The translations under genes and the position numbers were made by a program. 64,000 nucleotides of DNA from Candidatus Eiseniibacteriota bacterium. GTDB taxonomy: Bacteria; Eisenbacteria; RBG-16-71-46. The stretch lies in NCBI GenBank assembly GCA_963717505.1, contig OY970342.1, positions 1,664,001-1,728,000 on the forward strand, in the 5' to 3' direction. Below, piece after piece: positions 18,566-29,764 of the stretch (its first letter is position 1; each line of letters opens with the position of its first letter). The notes beneath the pieces were generated by a model. It was not told where the DNA came from, did no database searches, and was given only the letters and a program-made list of their open reading frames with translations.

Positions 18566-20064
18566 GCGGAACCACGAGGCGAGGGCGCGACGCCACGTGC
18601 TCCCGCGCCAGAGCCGGGACCCTGGGGCTGGTGTCGGCAGCGATCGCGTTGTTGTCGATCGCGTGGCCCGCGCTCTACGTCGAAGTCGCGGCACAAGTCC
18701 CGGCGGAGCCGCCGGCCGAGGCCCCACTGAGCACCGATTGGCGGACGTTGGTCGGTGGACCCGGTCCCGACTGGGCGCCGGTGGTCGACCAGGGCGGCGC
18801 CCTCTACGTTCCGGCCGGCGATTTCGCGCGCCTGCTCGACGCCACCAAGTTCTGGCGCGGCGACCTGCGCAAGCTCGTGCTGCGGGTGCGCTCGCATCGC
18901 ATCCAGCTCACGGTCGACAATCCGTTCGTGGTGGTGGACGATCGCACGCTGCTCCTCGATCAGCCGGTGCGTTCGCGCGGCGGCGAGGTCGCGGTCCCGG
19001 TCGCGCTGGTCGATTCGCTGGCAGCCGACACTGCGTTCGCTCGGCTGACCTACGATCCGGGCCGCAGCATCGTGCTGCGCGTGCCCGAAGCCGGCATCGT
19101 CGGCACGCCGCGGGTCGCCGTCGAGGGCGGCCGGACGCGCATCACCTTCCCGGTCGATCGTCCCGGGGAATTCGTGGTGGCCAGCCGCTCGCGCGCGCAC
19201 TTTCGCGTGCGCATGAGCGGGTTCTTCGCCGGGACGCTGCCGTCGACGTTCCCGCCCGGCAGCGCGGTGCGCTCGCTCAAGCCGATCGCCGCCGCGTCGG
19301 GCAGCGCGTTCGTGTTGCGGCTCACCGATGAGACCGGCGGATTCCGAGTGGTTCCCGACGTCGCGGCGCGCCGCGTGACGCTGATCTTCGATCGGGCCAG
19401 CGAGGGCCTCGAGCGATTCGCGCCCGAGGGGGCGAGCGGGCCGCGCGACCTGCGCGTGATCGTGCTCGATCCGGGTCACGGTGGCGACGACCCCGGAGTG
19501 GTTGCGAACAACGTCGTCGAGAAAGACCTGACCTTGAAGCTCGCGCGGCTGCTGCGCACCGAGCTCGAGCGCCGGCTCGCGGTGCGCGTCGTGCTGACCC
19601 GCGAGGACGACCGCGCGGTGCCCCCGGGCGTGCGCGCCGAGCGGGCCAATCGCGCGCGCGCCGACCTGGTGCTCGCGCTCCACTTCGACGGCGTCCCGGG
19701 CAGCCGCGTGCGTGGGGCCACCGCCTATTGCCCACCCGCCGCGTGGGCCGCGAGTCCGCGCGACGATCGTTCCGGCGCGATTCCGCTGATTCCCTGGCGC
19801 GATGTCGCGTTGCGCCACGCCGTGCGTTCGCGCGAGCTGGCCGAGAGCGTCCTCTCGGCCATCGAGCTTCGCGCACAGGGGCCGACCCGGCTGCGCGAGA
19901 TCCTGCCGCAGGCACTGCTCGGCGTGAACGCGCCCGGGGTGTTGCTCGAATGCGCGACGCTGACCTACGCCGGCGACCGGACGCGCGTCGCGAGTGTCGA
20001 AGGGCTCGACGACCTGGCGGCGACCATCGCCGACGGCATCGAGACCTATCAGCTCAATCCCTGA
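18562..20064 (+). CDS. N-acetylmuramoyl-L-alanine amidase (Amidase_3)
   Basis: VIVLDPGHGGDDPG, EKDLTL, LTREDD, LALHFD and VLLE motifs; GTGA coupling with smpB. Confidence 0.9.
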   Translation: MSGTTRRGRDATCSRARAGTLGLVSAAIALLSIAWPALYVEVAAQVPAEPPAEAPLSTDWRTLVGGPGPDWAPVVDQGGALYVPAGDFARLLDATKFWRGDLRKLVLRVRSHRIQLTVDNPFVVVDDRTLLLDQPVRSRGGEVAVPVALVDSLAADTAFARLTYDPGRSIVLRVPEAGIVGTPRVAVEGGRTRITFPVDRPGEFVVASRSRAHFRVRMSGFFAGTLPSTFPPGSAVRSLKPIAAASGSAFVLRLTDETGGFRVVPDVAARRVTLIFDRASEGLERFAPEGASGPRDLRVIVLDPGHGGDDPGVVANNVVEKDLTLKLARLLRTELERRLAVRVVLTREDDRAVPPGVRAERANRARADLVLALHFDGVPGSRVRGATAYCPPAAWAASPRDDRSGAIPLIPWRDVALRHAVRSRELAESVLSAIELRAQGPTRLREILPQALLGVNAPGVLLECATLTYAGDRTRVASVEGLDDLAATIADGIETYQLNP

Positions 20065-20065
20065 C

Positions 20066-20605
20066 ATGCCGAGACGCTGGCTCCTGCTCGCCCTGTTCCT
20101 CGCGGCCCTGGCGTGGGTCGCATTCGAAGTCGGCCGCGCTCCGGAGCTGCCGCCGGGCTCGGATGCCCGGCCCGACACGTCGTCGACCGGCTTCCGCGCC
20201 GCGCGCGTGTTCTTTGCCGATGCGACCGGCGACAGCCTGGTCGCCGAAACCCGGGAACTGCTCGACACGCCGAACCTGCACGACCGGGTGTCGGCGCTGA
20301 TCGCCGAGCTCGAGCGCGGACCCGAGAACGGTGGCCTGGGCACCTTGCCCGCCGGCACCGCGGTTCGGCACGTCTATCTGGACGACCGCGGGCTCCTGAC
20401 GCTCGACCTGAGCGCCCCGTTCCGCACCGGCTTTCGCGGGGGCTCGACTGCGGAGTACCTTGCTGTGGCCTCGCTGGTGCGCACGCTGGGTGCCAACCTG
20501 GGCGAGGTCCGGCGCGTGCTGCTGGTCTGCGCCGGCGAGCCGATTCCCACGCTCGCCGGGCATCTGCCGCTCGACCGGCCGATCGACGTCTCAGACCTGC
20601 CCTGA
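20066..20605 (+). CDS. GerMN domain-containing protein
   Basis: N-terminal TM, LIAELERGP, LDLS...GGSTAEYLAVASLVRTL and TLAGHL; typical position between amidase and murI. Confidence 0.85.
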   Translation: MPRRWLLLALFLAALAWVAFEVGRAPELPPGSDARPDTSSTGFRAARVFFADATGDSLVAETRELLDTPNLHDRVSALIAELERGPENGGLGTLPAGTAVRHVYLDDRGLLTLDLSAPFRTGFRGGSTAEYLAVASLVRTLGANLGEVRRVLLVCAGEPIPTLAGHLPLDRPIDVSDLP

Positions 20606-20618
20606 CCGAGGAGACGAA

Positions 20619-21497
20619 ATGAGCGCCACCCCCCGCAGCGTGATCGAGCGCGAGTCCACCCGCGCCGGATCCGATCCGCGGCCGATCGGCGTGTTCGACT
20701 CGGGACTGGGCGGGCTGACCGCGGTGCGCGCGCTGATGCAGGTGCTGCCTTCGGAATCCATCGTCTACTTCGGCGACACGGCGCGCCTGCCCTACGGCAG
20801 CAAGTCGCGCGCGACGGTCACCCGATTCAGTCTCGAGATCGCGCGGTTCCTGCTGCACCACGACGTCAAGTGCCTGCTGGTCGCGTGCAACACGTCATCG
20901 TCGTACGCCCTGGCCGAGCTGGAATCGCGACTCGAGATCCCCGTGGTCGGCGTGATCGATCCCGCGGTGCGCGCGGCCCTGGCCGTGAGCCCGAGTGGCC
21001 GGATCGGCGTGATCGGTACGCTGGGCACGGTCGGCAGCAACGCCTATCCGCGCGCGATCCAGAAGTCCCATCCCGAGTCGCGGGTGGTCTCGCATGCGTG
21101 TCCACTGCTCGTGCCGCTGATCGAGGAAGGCTGGCTCGAGCATCCGGTGACGCGTGCGGTCGCCGCCGAGTATCTGGATCCACTGCGCGTCGCGAACCTC
21201 GAGGCCTTGATCCTCGGCTGCACTCACTATCCGCTGATCGCGCCGCTGCTCGGCGAGCTGATGGGGCCAAGCGTGCGCCTGGTCGATTCGGGCGCCGAGG
21301 CGGCGCGAGCGATGGCCGATCTGCTCGGCGCGCGCGCCATGCTCGGCGCCGGGCCCCCCGTACACCGCTTCTTCGTCAGCGACCGGCCGAACCAATTCGA
21401 GCGAATCGCGGAGGTGTTCCTCGGCCGCGCGATCCCGTCGACCACGGTGGTGGATCAAACCGATCTTCCCTGGTACGAGCGGACCCCCGAGGCGTGA
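20619..21497 (+). CDS. murI: glutamate racemase
   Basis: [25 protein letters not shown] and LGCTHYP motifs. Confidence 0.97.
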   Translation: MSATPRSVIERESTRAGSDPRPIGVFDSGLGGLTAVRALMQVLPSESIVYFGDTARLPYGSKSRATVTRFSLEIARFLLHHDVKCLLVACNTSSSYALAELESRLEIPVVGVIDPAVRAALAVSPSGRIGVIGTLGTVGSNAYPRAIQKSHPESRVVSHACPLLVPLIEEGWLEHPVTRAVAAEYLDPLRVANLEALILGCTHYPLIAPLLGELMGPSVRLVDSGAEAARAMADLLGARAMLGAGPPVHRFFVSDRPNQFERIAEVFLGRAIPSTTVVDQTDLPWYERTPEA

Positions 21498-21507
21498 GGG
21501 TCCTGCG

Positions 21508-22305
21508 ATGACGCGTCCCCCGCAGGCGATCCGCGAGCGCGCGCCGCGCGAAGCGCCGGTCCGGCGTCACGACGGCCGGAGCCCGCGCCAGCTGCGCCGT
21601 CTAGTGATCGAGCGTGGGGTGATCGCGCACGCCGAGGGTTCGGCGCAGGTGCGGATGGGGAAGACGCGCGTGCTGTGCACCGCCACGGTCGAAGAACGCG
21701 TGCCGAACTGGCTGCGCGGCCAGGCTCGTGGCTGGGTCACGGCCGAGTACGGCATGCTGCCGCGCTCGACCGGTGAGCGCACGCCGCGCACGGCGCAAAC
21801 CGGCGGGCGCGCGCAGGAGATCCAGCGTCTGATCGGACGTTCGCTGCGCGCGGTCACCGACCTCAAGGCGTTCGGCGAACGCGTGATCCTGGTCGACTGC
21901 GACGTGATCGAAGCCGATGGCGGCACCCGCACCGCGGCGATCAACGGCGCGCTGGTGGCGCTCCACGATGCGTTCGTGACGCTCTCCAATCGCGGTCATC
22001 TCCTGGGCCCGCCCTTGCGCGACGCGGTCGCGGCGGTCTCGGTCGGACTGGTCGACGGTGTGGCGTGCCTGGACCTCGACTACCCGGAGGACTCGGGCGC
22101 GCAGGTGGACATGAACGTGGTGATGACCGGCGCGGGTCGGTTCGTCGAGATCCAGGGCACCGGTGAAACCACCACGTTCGGCGACGACGACCTCAGGCGG
22201 CTGCTCGGACTCGCCCGCTCCGGAATCCGCCGCATCGTCAGCGCGCAGCGGCGCGTGATCGGGGACTCGGGCCTGGTTCCGTCGCCGGCCGCCGGCACCT
22301 CGTGA
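21508..22305 (+). CDS. rph: ribonuclease PH
   Basis: [38 protein letters not shown] and EIQGTGE motifs. Confidence 0.97.
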   Translation: MTRPPQAIRERAPREAPVRRHDGRSPRQLRRLVIERGVIAHAEGSAQVRMGKTRVLCTATVEERVPNWLRGQARGWVTAEYGMLPRSTGERTPRTAQTGGRAQEIQRLIGRSLRAVTDLKAFGERVILVDCDVIEADGGTRTAAINGALVALHDAFVTLSNRGHLLGPPLRDAVAAVSVGLVDGVACLDLDYPEDSGAQVDMNVVMTGAGRFVEIQGTGETTTFGDDDLRRLLGLARSGIRRIVSAQRRVIGDSGLVPSPAAGTS

Positions 22306-22916
22306 AGCTGGTCGTCGCCACCTTCAACGCCGACAAGCTGCGCGAACTCCGGGACCTCCTGGGCCTGGATGGCGTCACGCTGGTGAGCCTCAGGGAGTTT
22401 CCCGGCGCGGTGGCGCCCGACGAAGACGGTGCCACCCTGGCCGAGAACGCCGCGATCAAGGCCCGCGCCGCGCACGCCTTCACCGGCCTCCCCGCGATCG
22501 CCGACGACACCGGTCTCGAGGTGGCAGCGCTCGGTGGCCGACCCGGTGTGCACGCCGCGCGGTTCGCAGGGCCCCGTGCCACTTACTCGGACAACGTCGC
22601 CAAGCTGCTCGCCGAGCTCGAAGGCGTTCCGGCCGGGGAGCGCGGTGCGTGTTTTCGCACGGTATGCGTTGCGTCCTTCGGCTTGGGCGACGAAATCCTG
22701 GCCGAGGGCGTGCTCGAGGGGCGGATCACCGAAACGCCGCGAGGGCTCCAAGGCTTCGGCTACGACCCAGTGTTCGAGGTCGCAGGAACCGGCCGGACAC
22801 TGGCCGAGATGTCGATCGACGAGAAGAACCGCATCTCTCATCGAGCACTCGCGGCGCGTGCATTGGCGCGAAGGCTCTCCACCCGAGTGGCGGTGGCGGG
22901 TGAGTCGCCGAAATGA
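22302..22916 (+). CDS. rdgB: dITP/XTP pyrophosphatase (Ham1 family)
   Basis: [16 protein letters not shown] and EKNRISHR motifs; follows rph. Confidence 0.96.
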   Translation: MKLVVATFNADKLRELRDLLGLDGVTLVSLREFPGAVAPDEDGATLAENAAIKARAAHAFTGLPAIADDTGLEVAALGGRPGVHAARFAGPRATYSDNVAKLLAELEGVPAGERGACFRTVCVASFGLGDEILAEGVLEGRITETPRGLQGFGYDPVFEVAGTGRTLAEMSIDEKNRISHRALAARALARRLSTRVAVAGESPK

Positions 22917-23482
22917 GGCGATCGCGATTCCGGGCCCAGGCGGTTTTGGCCGCCCTGCTGCCGGTCACTCTGGTGGGCGGATGTTTCGTGTCCAAGCCAC
23001 CGCAAAATGTCGGCTTCGGACACGTCACCACCCTCCGCGAGCTCGAAGGCAGATACCGGAATCTGGGCGAGGCGAAAGAAGGCGAGCCGCCTCAGTACCT
23101 TTCGGCGATCATCTGGCCCTCGAGCCACCCAGGCCCGGACAGCATCGCGACCATCGAGGTGCGGGCCACCGGCGACACGCTCGTAACGGTGCGGGCGATC
23201 GGAGCGGATGGCACGACCATGAAGATCTCGACGTTCACCCGTGGAGTGCAGTTCGACCTCCATGAGGGGCGCCTGCTCTTGAGACCGAAGTCGCAAGGTG
23301 TGGTTCCGGCCCAGGATGGAGAGGTTATTCTCGGAGCTGTCTTCGAGACCGTGGAGCTCGGCATCGACGCTCATGGCGACGCCAAGTACAAGAGCACCCA
23401 AACCGCCGCGGGAGTGGTCTATCTAGTGATTCCGATCGTCGGCGGTGGAAGCACCGAGGTGCGCTTTCGCCGGCTGAACTAG
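22913..23482 (+). CDS. hypothetical lipoprotein
   Basis: Lipobox-like LVGGC after a hydrophobic stretch; ATGA coupling to rdgB. Confidence 0.65.
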   Translation: MRRSRFRAQAVLAALLPVTLVGGCFVSKPPQNVGFGHVTTLRELEGRYRNLGEAKEGEPPQYLSAIIWPSSHPGPDSIATIEVRATGDTLVTVRAIGADGTTMKISTFTRGVQFDLHEGRLLLRPKSQGVVPAQDGEVILGAVFETVELGIDAHGDAKYKSTQTAAGVVYLVIPIVGGGSTEVRFRRLN

Positions 23483-24708
23483 GGAACGACGCTCGCGGGC
23501 TCACGGGTCGAGCCCCAGTAGAGCGCGAGCGACGCCACCGCCAGGACCGCCGCCGCCAGGAATGCGGCGCCCGGCAGATGAATCGGAGCCGAGGGCGCGC
23601 TGAAGCGACCGAACAGTTGCGACATCATGGGCGGGCTCACGATCGCGCTCAGGGAATACAAGCTCGCGACCGCGCCCTGAAGCTCGCCTTGAGCGTCTCC
23701 GGGGACCCGTTTCGACATCAGCGCGTTGCTGCTCGGCATGACCATGGCGCCGAAGAACCAGGTCAGCAGCCACGCGAACATCATCCAGCCCCGGGTCGCG
23801 AATGCGTAGCCGGCGTACCCGACCGCCGCCACCGCGATTCCGAACAGGGCGGCCCGGCGCTCGCCGAGCCGCGGCACCAGGTAGCGCAGCAGCGTCGCCT
23901 GGCTCAACGCCATCACGCCACCGGCCATCGCCAGCGAAGCGCCGATGGTCGCGGTCGACCAGCCGAAGCGAAACTGGGTGTAGAAGCTCCAGGTCGCCGG
24001 CATCACCTGGTGAGCGACCGCCCACAGGAACAGCGCCCCGAGCACGCCGCGCACCACCGGCAGCCGCCGCATCTGGAGGATCGTCCCGAGCGGGTTCGCG
24101 CGGCGCCAGTCGAAAGCGCGCCGGCGCTCCCGCGGCAGCGACTCCGGCAGCACGAAGGTTCCGTAGATGAAGTTCACCAGGCTGAGGGCTGCCGCCGCGA
24201 AGAACGGCGCACGCGGGCCCAGCTCGCCGAGGAAGCCGCCGATCACCGGTCCGAGAATGAAGCCCGAGCCGAAGGCGGCGCTGACCAGGCCGAAGCTCTG
24301 GGCCCGGCGCTCGGGCGGACTGACGTCGACCACGTAGGCGTAGGCCGGCGTGAACGACGCCCCGGCCATGCCGGCGATCGCACGACCGACGAACAGCCAG
24401 GCGAGCGAAGGCGCCAGGCCCATGACCATGTAGTCGATCCCCAGAGCTCCGACCGCATAGAGCAGGACCGGCCGGCGTCCGAAACGATCCGAGAGGTTGC
24501 CGAGCACCGGTGCGCACACGAACTGCATGACCGCGTAAACGAACGACAGCCAGCCGCCGTAGATCGCCGCGCGATTCACCGGCTCGCCGGTCAGCTCCAC
24601 CAGCAGCGTCGGCAACACCGGCAGGATCAGCCCGAATCCGACCGTGTCGAGGAACACGGTCAAGACCACGAACAGGATCGCTCGGGTTCCGCCCGGGCGC
24701 GCGCTCAC
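23479..24708 (-). CDS. TCR/Tet family MFS efflux transporter
   Basis: [14 protein letters not shown] motif [11 protein letters not shown] and QGELQG; GTG start overlapping the pyk stop. Confidence 0.92.
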   Translation of the reverse strand: MSARPGGTRAILFVVLTVFLDTVGFGLILPVLPTLLVELTGEPVNRAAIYGGWLSFVYAVMQFVCAPVLGNLSDRFGRRPVLLYAVGALGIDYMVMGLAPSLAWLFVGRAIAGMAGASFTPAYAYVVDVSPPERRAQSFGLVSAAFGSGFILGPVIGGFLGELGPRAPFFAAAALSLVNFIYGTFVLPESLPRERRRAFDWRRANPLGTILQMRRLPVVRGVLGALFLWAVAHQVMPATWSFYTQFRFGWSTATIGASLAMAGGVMALSQATLLRYLVPRLGERRAALFGIAVAAVGYAGYAFATRGWMMFAWLLTWFFGAMVMPSSNALMSKRVPGDAQGELQGAVASLYSLSAIVSPPMMSQLFGRFSAPSAPIHLPGAAFLAAAVLAVASLALYWGSTREPASVVP

Positions 24709-26129
24709 GGATTGCCGCCCAGTCGATGCACGCGCAGATTGTTGGTCGAGCCGGGAGCGCCCATGCCGGACACCGCCACCACCAGATCGCCGGGGGCCGC
24801 GCGGCCGAGGTCGAGCATCGCGCGCTCGACCCGCGCGATCATCTCGTCGGTGTGCGCGGCCGTCGGCACCACGAAGGTCTCGACACCCCACACCAGGGCG
24901 AGCTGGCTGCGCACCGCCGGCTGCGACGTGAAGGCGAGCAGAGGAATCTCGCTGCGCTGGCGGGCGAGCCAGCGCGCGGTGCCGCCGCCCTCCGTGAAGG
25001 CCACCAGGGCTCGCGCGCCCAGATGATGCGCGACCTCGACCGCCGCCTGCGCGATCGCCTGCTGGCGGTTGGCCGGGGTCTCGATCAGCCGCGGAATGCG
25101 CCCGCCGGCGCCGGCCTCGGCGGCCGAAATGATCCGGGCCATGGTCTGCACCGTCGCGACTGGATCGCGGCCGACGCTGGTTTCGGCCGACAGCATCAGC
25201 GCATCGGCGCCGTCGAGCACCGCGTTGGCGACGTCCGAGGCCTCGGCGCGCGTCGGACGGCCGTGATCGACCATGGACTCGAGCATCTGGGTCGCGACGA
25301 TCACCGGTTTCGCGCGCTCGCGGGCGACCTGCACGGCGCGCTTCTGCACCAGGGGAACCTGCTCGAGCGGCATCTCGACCCCGAGGTCGCCGCGCGCCAC
25401 CATCAAGCCGTCGAACGCGTCCACGATCGCCTCGAGCTGTTCGACCGCCTCGGGCTTTTCGAGCTTGGCGATCACCGGCAGCTGGGCGCCGTGCGCCGCC
25501 ATCGCCTCGCGCACGCGCAGCACGTCCGCCGCCTCGCGCACGAACGACAGCGCGACTAGATCGACGCGCAGCGAGAGTGCGAACGCCAGGTCGTCGAGAT
25601 CCTTCTCGGTCAGCGTGGGTGCGCTGATCCGCGTGTCGGGCAGGTTGATGCCTTTGTGGTCCGAGACGACGCCGCCTTCGATCACGCGTGAGCGCACGGT
25701 GCCGCGATCGCGTTCGACGACTTCGAGTCGGACTCGCCCGTCGTCGAGCAGCAGCGTGTCGCCGGGCTCGACGTCGCGCGCGAGTGCCGCGTAGGTGGTC
25801 GAGGCGCGGCGAGCGTCGCCCTCGACCGGTTGGGTGGTGATCATGAACTCGGCGCCGGTTTCGAGCCTGGCCGTGCCGCCCCGGAACCTGCCGAGCCGGA
25901 TCTTCGGTCCCTGGAGATCGGCGAGTACGGCGACCGCGTGGCCGGCGGCGTCCGACGCCTGACGCACCCGCTCGTAGGCCGCGCGGTGCTGGTCGTGGGT
26001 GCCGTGGGAAAGATTGAGCCGCGCGACGTCCATGCCCGCCTCGACCAGTGCCGTGACGGCCTCCGGGGTCGACGAGGCCGGCCCCAGCGTGCAGACGATC
26101 TTCGCGCGTCGTCCTGCGCGCAGGCTCAT
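24705..26129 (-). CDS. pyk: pyruvate kinase
   Basis: KIVCTLGPAS, DLQGPKIR, MVARGDLGVE, ATQMLESM and PTRAEASDVANA motifs. Confidence 0.98.
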   Translation of the reverse strand: MSLRAGRRAKIVCTLGPASSTPEAVTALVEAGMDVARLNLSHGTHDQHRAAYERVRQASDAAGHAVAVLADLQGPKIRLGRFRGGTARLETGAEFMITTQPVEGDARRASTTYAALARDVEPGDTLLLDDGRVRLEVVERDRGTVRSRVIEGGVVSDHKGINLPDTRISAPTLTEKDLDDLAFALSLRVDLVALSFVREAADVLRVREAMAAHGAQLPVIAKLEKPEAVEQLEAIVDAFDGLMVARGDLGVEMPLEQVPLVQKRAVQVARERAKPVIVATQMLESMVDHGRPTRAEASDVANAVLDGADALMLSAETSVGRDPVATVQTMARIISAAEAGAGGRIPRLIETPANRQQAIAQAAVEVAHHLGARALVAFTEGGGTARWLARQRSEIPLLAFTSQPAVRSQLALVWGVETFVVPTAAHTDEMIARVERAMLDLGRAAPGDLVVAVSGMGAPGSTNNLRVHRLGGNP

Positions 26130-26192
26130 CGTGTTGTGGTTCCCGGACGGCGGCGGGCCGTCATCAGCAGTGGGCCGTCATCAGGAGAGGAA

Positions 26193-26269
26193 TGGGGTGG
26201 ATGACGGGGCTCGAACCCGCGACCACTGGAGCCACAGTCCAGTGCTCTACCGACTGAGCTACATCCACC
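26193..26269 (-). tRNA. tRNA-His(GTG)
   Basis: Reverse complement GGTGGATGTAGCTCAG...CTGGA-CTGTGGC-TCCAG...GGTTCGAG...CCCCA, including G-1. Confidence 0.96.
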
Positions 26270-26303
26270 ACCACCGGATCCATCGCCTCGGAAGACGGTC
26301 CAC

Positions 26304-26380
26304 TGGCGCGCCTGGAGGGAATCGAACCCCCGACCGACGGATTAGAAATCCGTTGCTCTATCCATCTGAGCTACAGGCGC
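26304..26380 (-). tRNA. tRNA-Arg(TCT)
   Basis: Reverse complement GCGCCTGTAGCTCAG...ACGGA-TTTCTAA-TCCGT...GCGCCA. Confidence 0.96.
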
Positions 26381-26423
26381 GGGTTCGTGATTCGCCGGCG
26401 GTGCCCGGACCTCCGGAGGAAAC

Positions 26424-26500
<77 letters not shown>

Positions 26501-26528
26501 GCGAAAGACAGTGCCGCGCGAACGTGCG

Positions 26529-26558
26529 AGCATAGTGGCCGCGCTTCGCAGGCGTCAA
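26529..26558 (-). promoter_or_regulatory. sigma70-type promoter for Pro-Arg-His tRNA cluster
   Basis: Minus strand TTGACG-N18-TATGCT. Confidence 0.7.
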
Positions 26559-26661
26559 ACCCAAACCGAACCCGGGGTGATCGGGTTGCGCCGGCGCGGC
26601 CCGGCTCCTATTCTTAGCCGCTCGAGCCCCCGCACCGCGGACCTGTTTTTCGGAGATTCCC

Positions 26662-27099
26662 ATGAGCGGCGTCAACAAGGTGATTCTGATCGGCAACCTC
26701 GGCGCGAACCCCGAGATGCGTTTCACCCAGGGGGGGCAGGCGGTCGCCAACCTGCGCATCGCGACCACCGAGCGGTGGACCGACAAGTCCGGCCAGCGGC
26801 AGGAGTCCACCGAGTGGCATCGGGTGGTCCTGTTCGGCAAGACCGCCGAGATCGCCGGCCAGTACCTGACCAAGGGCCGGCAGGTCTACATCGAAGGCCG
26901 CATCCGCACCCGCCAGTGGCAGGACCAGAGCGGTCAGAAGCGGTACACCACCGAGATCGTCGGCACCAACATGACGCTGCTCGGTGGACGCTCCGGCGAG
27001 CGCACCGGTGACGACGCGCCGTCCGCGGCGACCGTGCCTCCGGACGACGGGATGACCGCCGACTTCGGCGGCGGGCCCGACGACGACATTCCGTTTTGA
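26662..27099 (+). CDS. ssb: single-stranded DNA-binding protein
   Basis: [18 protein letters not shown] and C-terminal DDDIPF. Confidence 0.98.
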   Translation: MSGVNKVILIGNLGANPEMRFTQGGQAVANLRIATTERWTDKSGQRQESTEWHRVVLFGKTAEIAGQYLTKGRQVYIEGRIRTRQWQDQSGQKRYTTEIVGTNMTLLGGRSGERTGDDAPSAATVPPDDGMTADFGGGPDDDIPF

Positions 27100-27165
27100 T
27101 CGCAGTACCGGCCGGACATCTCCGGACCGGTGTCCAGCATCGAAGCATCGCGGTTGCCACACCGT

Positions 27166-27516
27166 GGGGGCGATAGGTCTCGACGGGGGTTGTGAACCAG
27201 CGAGTGCAGGCCGGGGACCCGTGACCTCGTCAAAAAAGCGGGAAATTGCAACTGCCAACGAGCAGTTTGCTCTCGCTGCTTAACTAGCAGCGACGGTCGC
27301 CCGGACCCCGCCTGTGGGGGCTGGAGCGGGCGTCAGAAAAACGCAGGCTAGTCCAACGCCTCGCCCGGCGGCGGAGGACGAAACCTTACGGGCTGGCGCG
27401 CGAATGATCCCGCCGGTCGGAGCGGACGCGTGCGACATTCAATAGGCCGGACAAGCCTGTAGGACTTTCTGGGGAACGGCTTTCGGACGCGGGTTCAATT
27501 CCCGCCGCCTCCACCA
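27166..27516 (+). ncRNA. ssrA: tmRNA; resume codon at 27254, tag (A)ANEQFALAA
   Basis: 5' GGGGGCG pairs with 3' CGCCTCC-ACCA (G.U at pair 3). T-arm GCGGGTTCAATTCCCGC; tag ORF 27254-27283 ends ALAA-TAA. Confidence 0.96.
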
Positions 27517-27589
27517 TCGCTCTCTCGCCGGGGCGACCCTCGCCACCTGCTTGCAGCCCACGCGGCATGGGACTACCTTCCCGCGTCCC

Positions 27590-28285
27590 GTGAACGCGGC
27601 CTCACCTCTGCTTGCCGACCGCCTGGCCTGGATTCAAGACCGTATCGCACAAGCGACTCGGCGGTCGGGCCGGGCTCCCGGGGCGGTGACGCTGATCGGG
27701 GTGGTCAAGGGCGTGGACCGAGAGCGCGTCCGTCAGGCCCTGGACCTGGGGCTCCAGGATCTGGGGGGCAGCCGGGTTCAGGACACCGTGGCGTTACAGG
27801 ACGCCCTCGAGCGGACGGCGCGCTGGCACATGATCGGAAACCTTCAACGCAACAAGGCGGCACGGGCCGTCGAACGGTTCGATTGCATCCAGACGCTAGA
27901 TGACCTCGAGCTGGCGCGGGCGCTGTCGCGTCACGCGGTCCAGACCGGCCGCCGACTGAAGACTCTCGTTCAAGTCAACGTCAGCGGCGAGCCGCAGAAG
28001 CACGGCGTCGAGCCGGGGGCACTGCCCGCGCTGGTGGAAGCGGTGGCGGCGCTGCCCGGTCTGGCGCTCGACGGCGTCCTGTCGATCGGCGCCGAAGTCG
28101 AGCAGGCGGAAGCAGCGCGACGCTATTTCGTCGCGACTCGCGAGCTGCGCGATCGCGCGGCGCGCGACACCGGCAGATCGCTGCCGGAGCTGAGCATGGG
28201 CATGAGCGGCGACTTCGAGGTCGCGATCGAGGAAGGCAGCACCATGGTGCGCATCGGGACCGCGCTGTTCGGCGCGAGAAGCTGA
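27590..28285 (+). CDS. yggS: YggS family pyridoxal phosphate homeostasis protein
   Basis: WHMIGNLQRNK, VQVNVSGEPQKHG and LSMGMSGDFEVAIEEGSTMVRIGTALFG motifs. Start is uncertain. Confidence 0.95.
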   Translation: MNAASPLLADRLAWIQDRIAQATRRSGRAPGAVTLIGVVKGVDRERVRQALDLGLQDLGGSRVQDTVALQDALERTARWHMIGNLQRNKAARAVERFDCIQTLDDLELARALSRHAVQTGRRLKTLVQVNVSGEPQKHGVEPGALPALVEAVAALPGLALDGVLSIGAEVEQAEAARRYFVATRELRDRAARDTGRSLPELSMGMSGDFEVAIEEGSTMVRIGTALFGARS

Positions 28286-28298
28286 CGGGAGCGGACGA

Positions 28299-28598
28299 AT
28301 GTTCGTGATTGGGAACATGATCGGAGCGCTGGCCTCGCTGCTCGACATCGTGCTGCAGATGCTGGCGCTCGTCGTGCTGATCAACGCGCTCCTGTCCTGG
28401 GTGCGTCCCGATCCGGGCAATCCAATCGTGATGTTCCTCGACCGGATCTCCGACCTCGTGTGCTGGCCGATTCGCAGGATCCTGCCGACGGTGTTCGGCG
28501 GGTTCGACCTGGCGCCGTTGTTCACGATCCTCATCCTGTGGTTCCTGCGCCAGTTCCTGGTGCAGACGCTGCGCGACATCGCGCTCAGGCTCGGATGA
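28299..28598 (+). CDS. yggT: YggT family membrane protein
   Basis: LLSWVRPDPGNPIV...PIRRILP..GGFDLAP motif. Confidence 0.93.
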   Translation: MFVIGNMIGALASLLDIVLQMLALVVLINALLSWVRPDPGNPIVMFLDRISDLVCWPIRRILPTVFGGFDLAPLFTILILWFLRQFLVQTLRDIALRLG

Positions 28599-28897
28599 TC
28601 GCCATGGCGGCCAGAATCGCGGTGCGCGTGCACCCCGGAGCCCGGCGTGCGGGTTTGCGCGGACGACGCGCCGACGGCGTGCTGCGGATCGACGTGCCGG
28701 AAGCCCCGGAGGGTGGACGGGCGAACACGGCCGTGTGCGCCCTGGTCGCGCAGGCGCTCGGCGTGCGCGCGAGCGAGGTGCGGGTGGTGCACGGAGCGAC
28801 TTCACGCAGCAAGCTCCTCGAAGTCGAAAGTCTGGAAGCCCTCGAAGTCGAGCGCCGCCTGGCGGTCGCGGCGGAGGGGAGCGGCGATGGCGACTGA
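28595..28897 (+). CDS. DUF167 (YggU) family protein
   Basis: VRVHPGARR, APEGGRAN and GATSRSK motifs; follows yggT. Confidence 0.9.
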   Translation: MIAMAARIAVRVHPGARRAGLRGRRADGVLRIDVPEAPEGGRANTAVCALVAQALGVRASEVRVVHGATSRSKLLEVESLEALEVERRLAVAAEGSGDGD

Positions 28898-29756
28898 ACA
28901 GACCACCCGGATCGCCGATGCCGCGCGCGCGGTGCAATCGCGCACCCCGCTCCGGCCCGAAGTCGGGATCATTCTCGGCACCGGGCTCGGCGACTTCGCG
29001 GGCGCACTCCAGACCGAGGTGGTGATCCCGTACCGGGACCTGCCGCACTTCCCGGTGTCGACGGTCGAGAGCCATGCCGGCGAGCTGCACCTCGGGCGTC
29101 TGGCGGGGCGGCCGGTCGCGGTCATGAAAGGTCGCGTGCACTTCTACGAGGGCTACAGCATGCGCCAGGTCGCGTTTCCGGTGCGTGTGCTCAAGGCGAT
29201 CGGCTGCGACACGCTGATCGTCACCAACGCGGTCGGCGGGATGAACCCCGATCATCCGCCGGGGACGATCGTGATTACCACCGACCACATCAACCTCATG
29301 GGCGACAACCCGCTGATCGGCGAGAACGACGACGCGCTCGGGCCTCGATTCCCGGACATGAGCGAACCGTACGACCGCCGGCTGATCGTCCTGGCCGAGC
29401 GCGTGGCGCTCGAGATCGGGGAGCGTTTGCCGCGGGCGGTGTTCGTCGGCGTGCCGGGCCCGAGCCTCGAAACCGCCGCCGAGTACCGGTTTCTGCGCTG
29501 GATTGGCGCGGACATCGTGGGCATGTCACTGGTGCCCGAGAACCTGACCGCGGTGCACGGGGGGCAGCGGGTTCTGGCGTTCAACGTCGTGACCGACGCC
29601 TGCTTGCCCGACCGGCTGCATCCGGTGGACATTTCCCAGATTCTGGCAATCGCGGCGGGTGCCGCGCCGCGGCTCACCCGGCTCATCACCGAGATTGTCC
29701 GGTGCTTGCACGAAGCCGATGCGACGATGGAGCCGAACGCCGGCTCCAGGAGGTAG
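28887..29756 (+). CDS. purine-nucleoside phosphorylase (trimeric PNP/MTAP family)
   Basis: ILGTGLG, GRVHFYEGY, GPRFPDMS, GPSLETAAE and VGMSLVPE motifs. Confidence 0.95.
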   Translation: MATEQTTRIADAARAVQSRTPLRPEVGIILGTGLGDFAGALQTEVVIPYRDLPHFPVSTVESHAGELHLGRLAGRPVAVMKGRVHFYEGYSMRQVAFPVRVLKAIGCDTLIVTNAVGGMNPDHPPGTIVITTDHINLMGDNPLIGENDDALGPRFPDMSEPYDRRLIVLAERVALEIGERLPRAVFVGVPGPSLETAAEYRFLRWIGADIVGMSLVPENLTAVHGGQRVLAFNVVTDACLPDRLHPVDISQILAIAAGAAPRLTRLITEIVRCLHEADATMEPNAGSRR

Positions 29757-29764
29757 ACGAATAC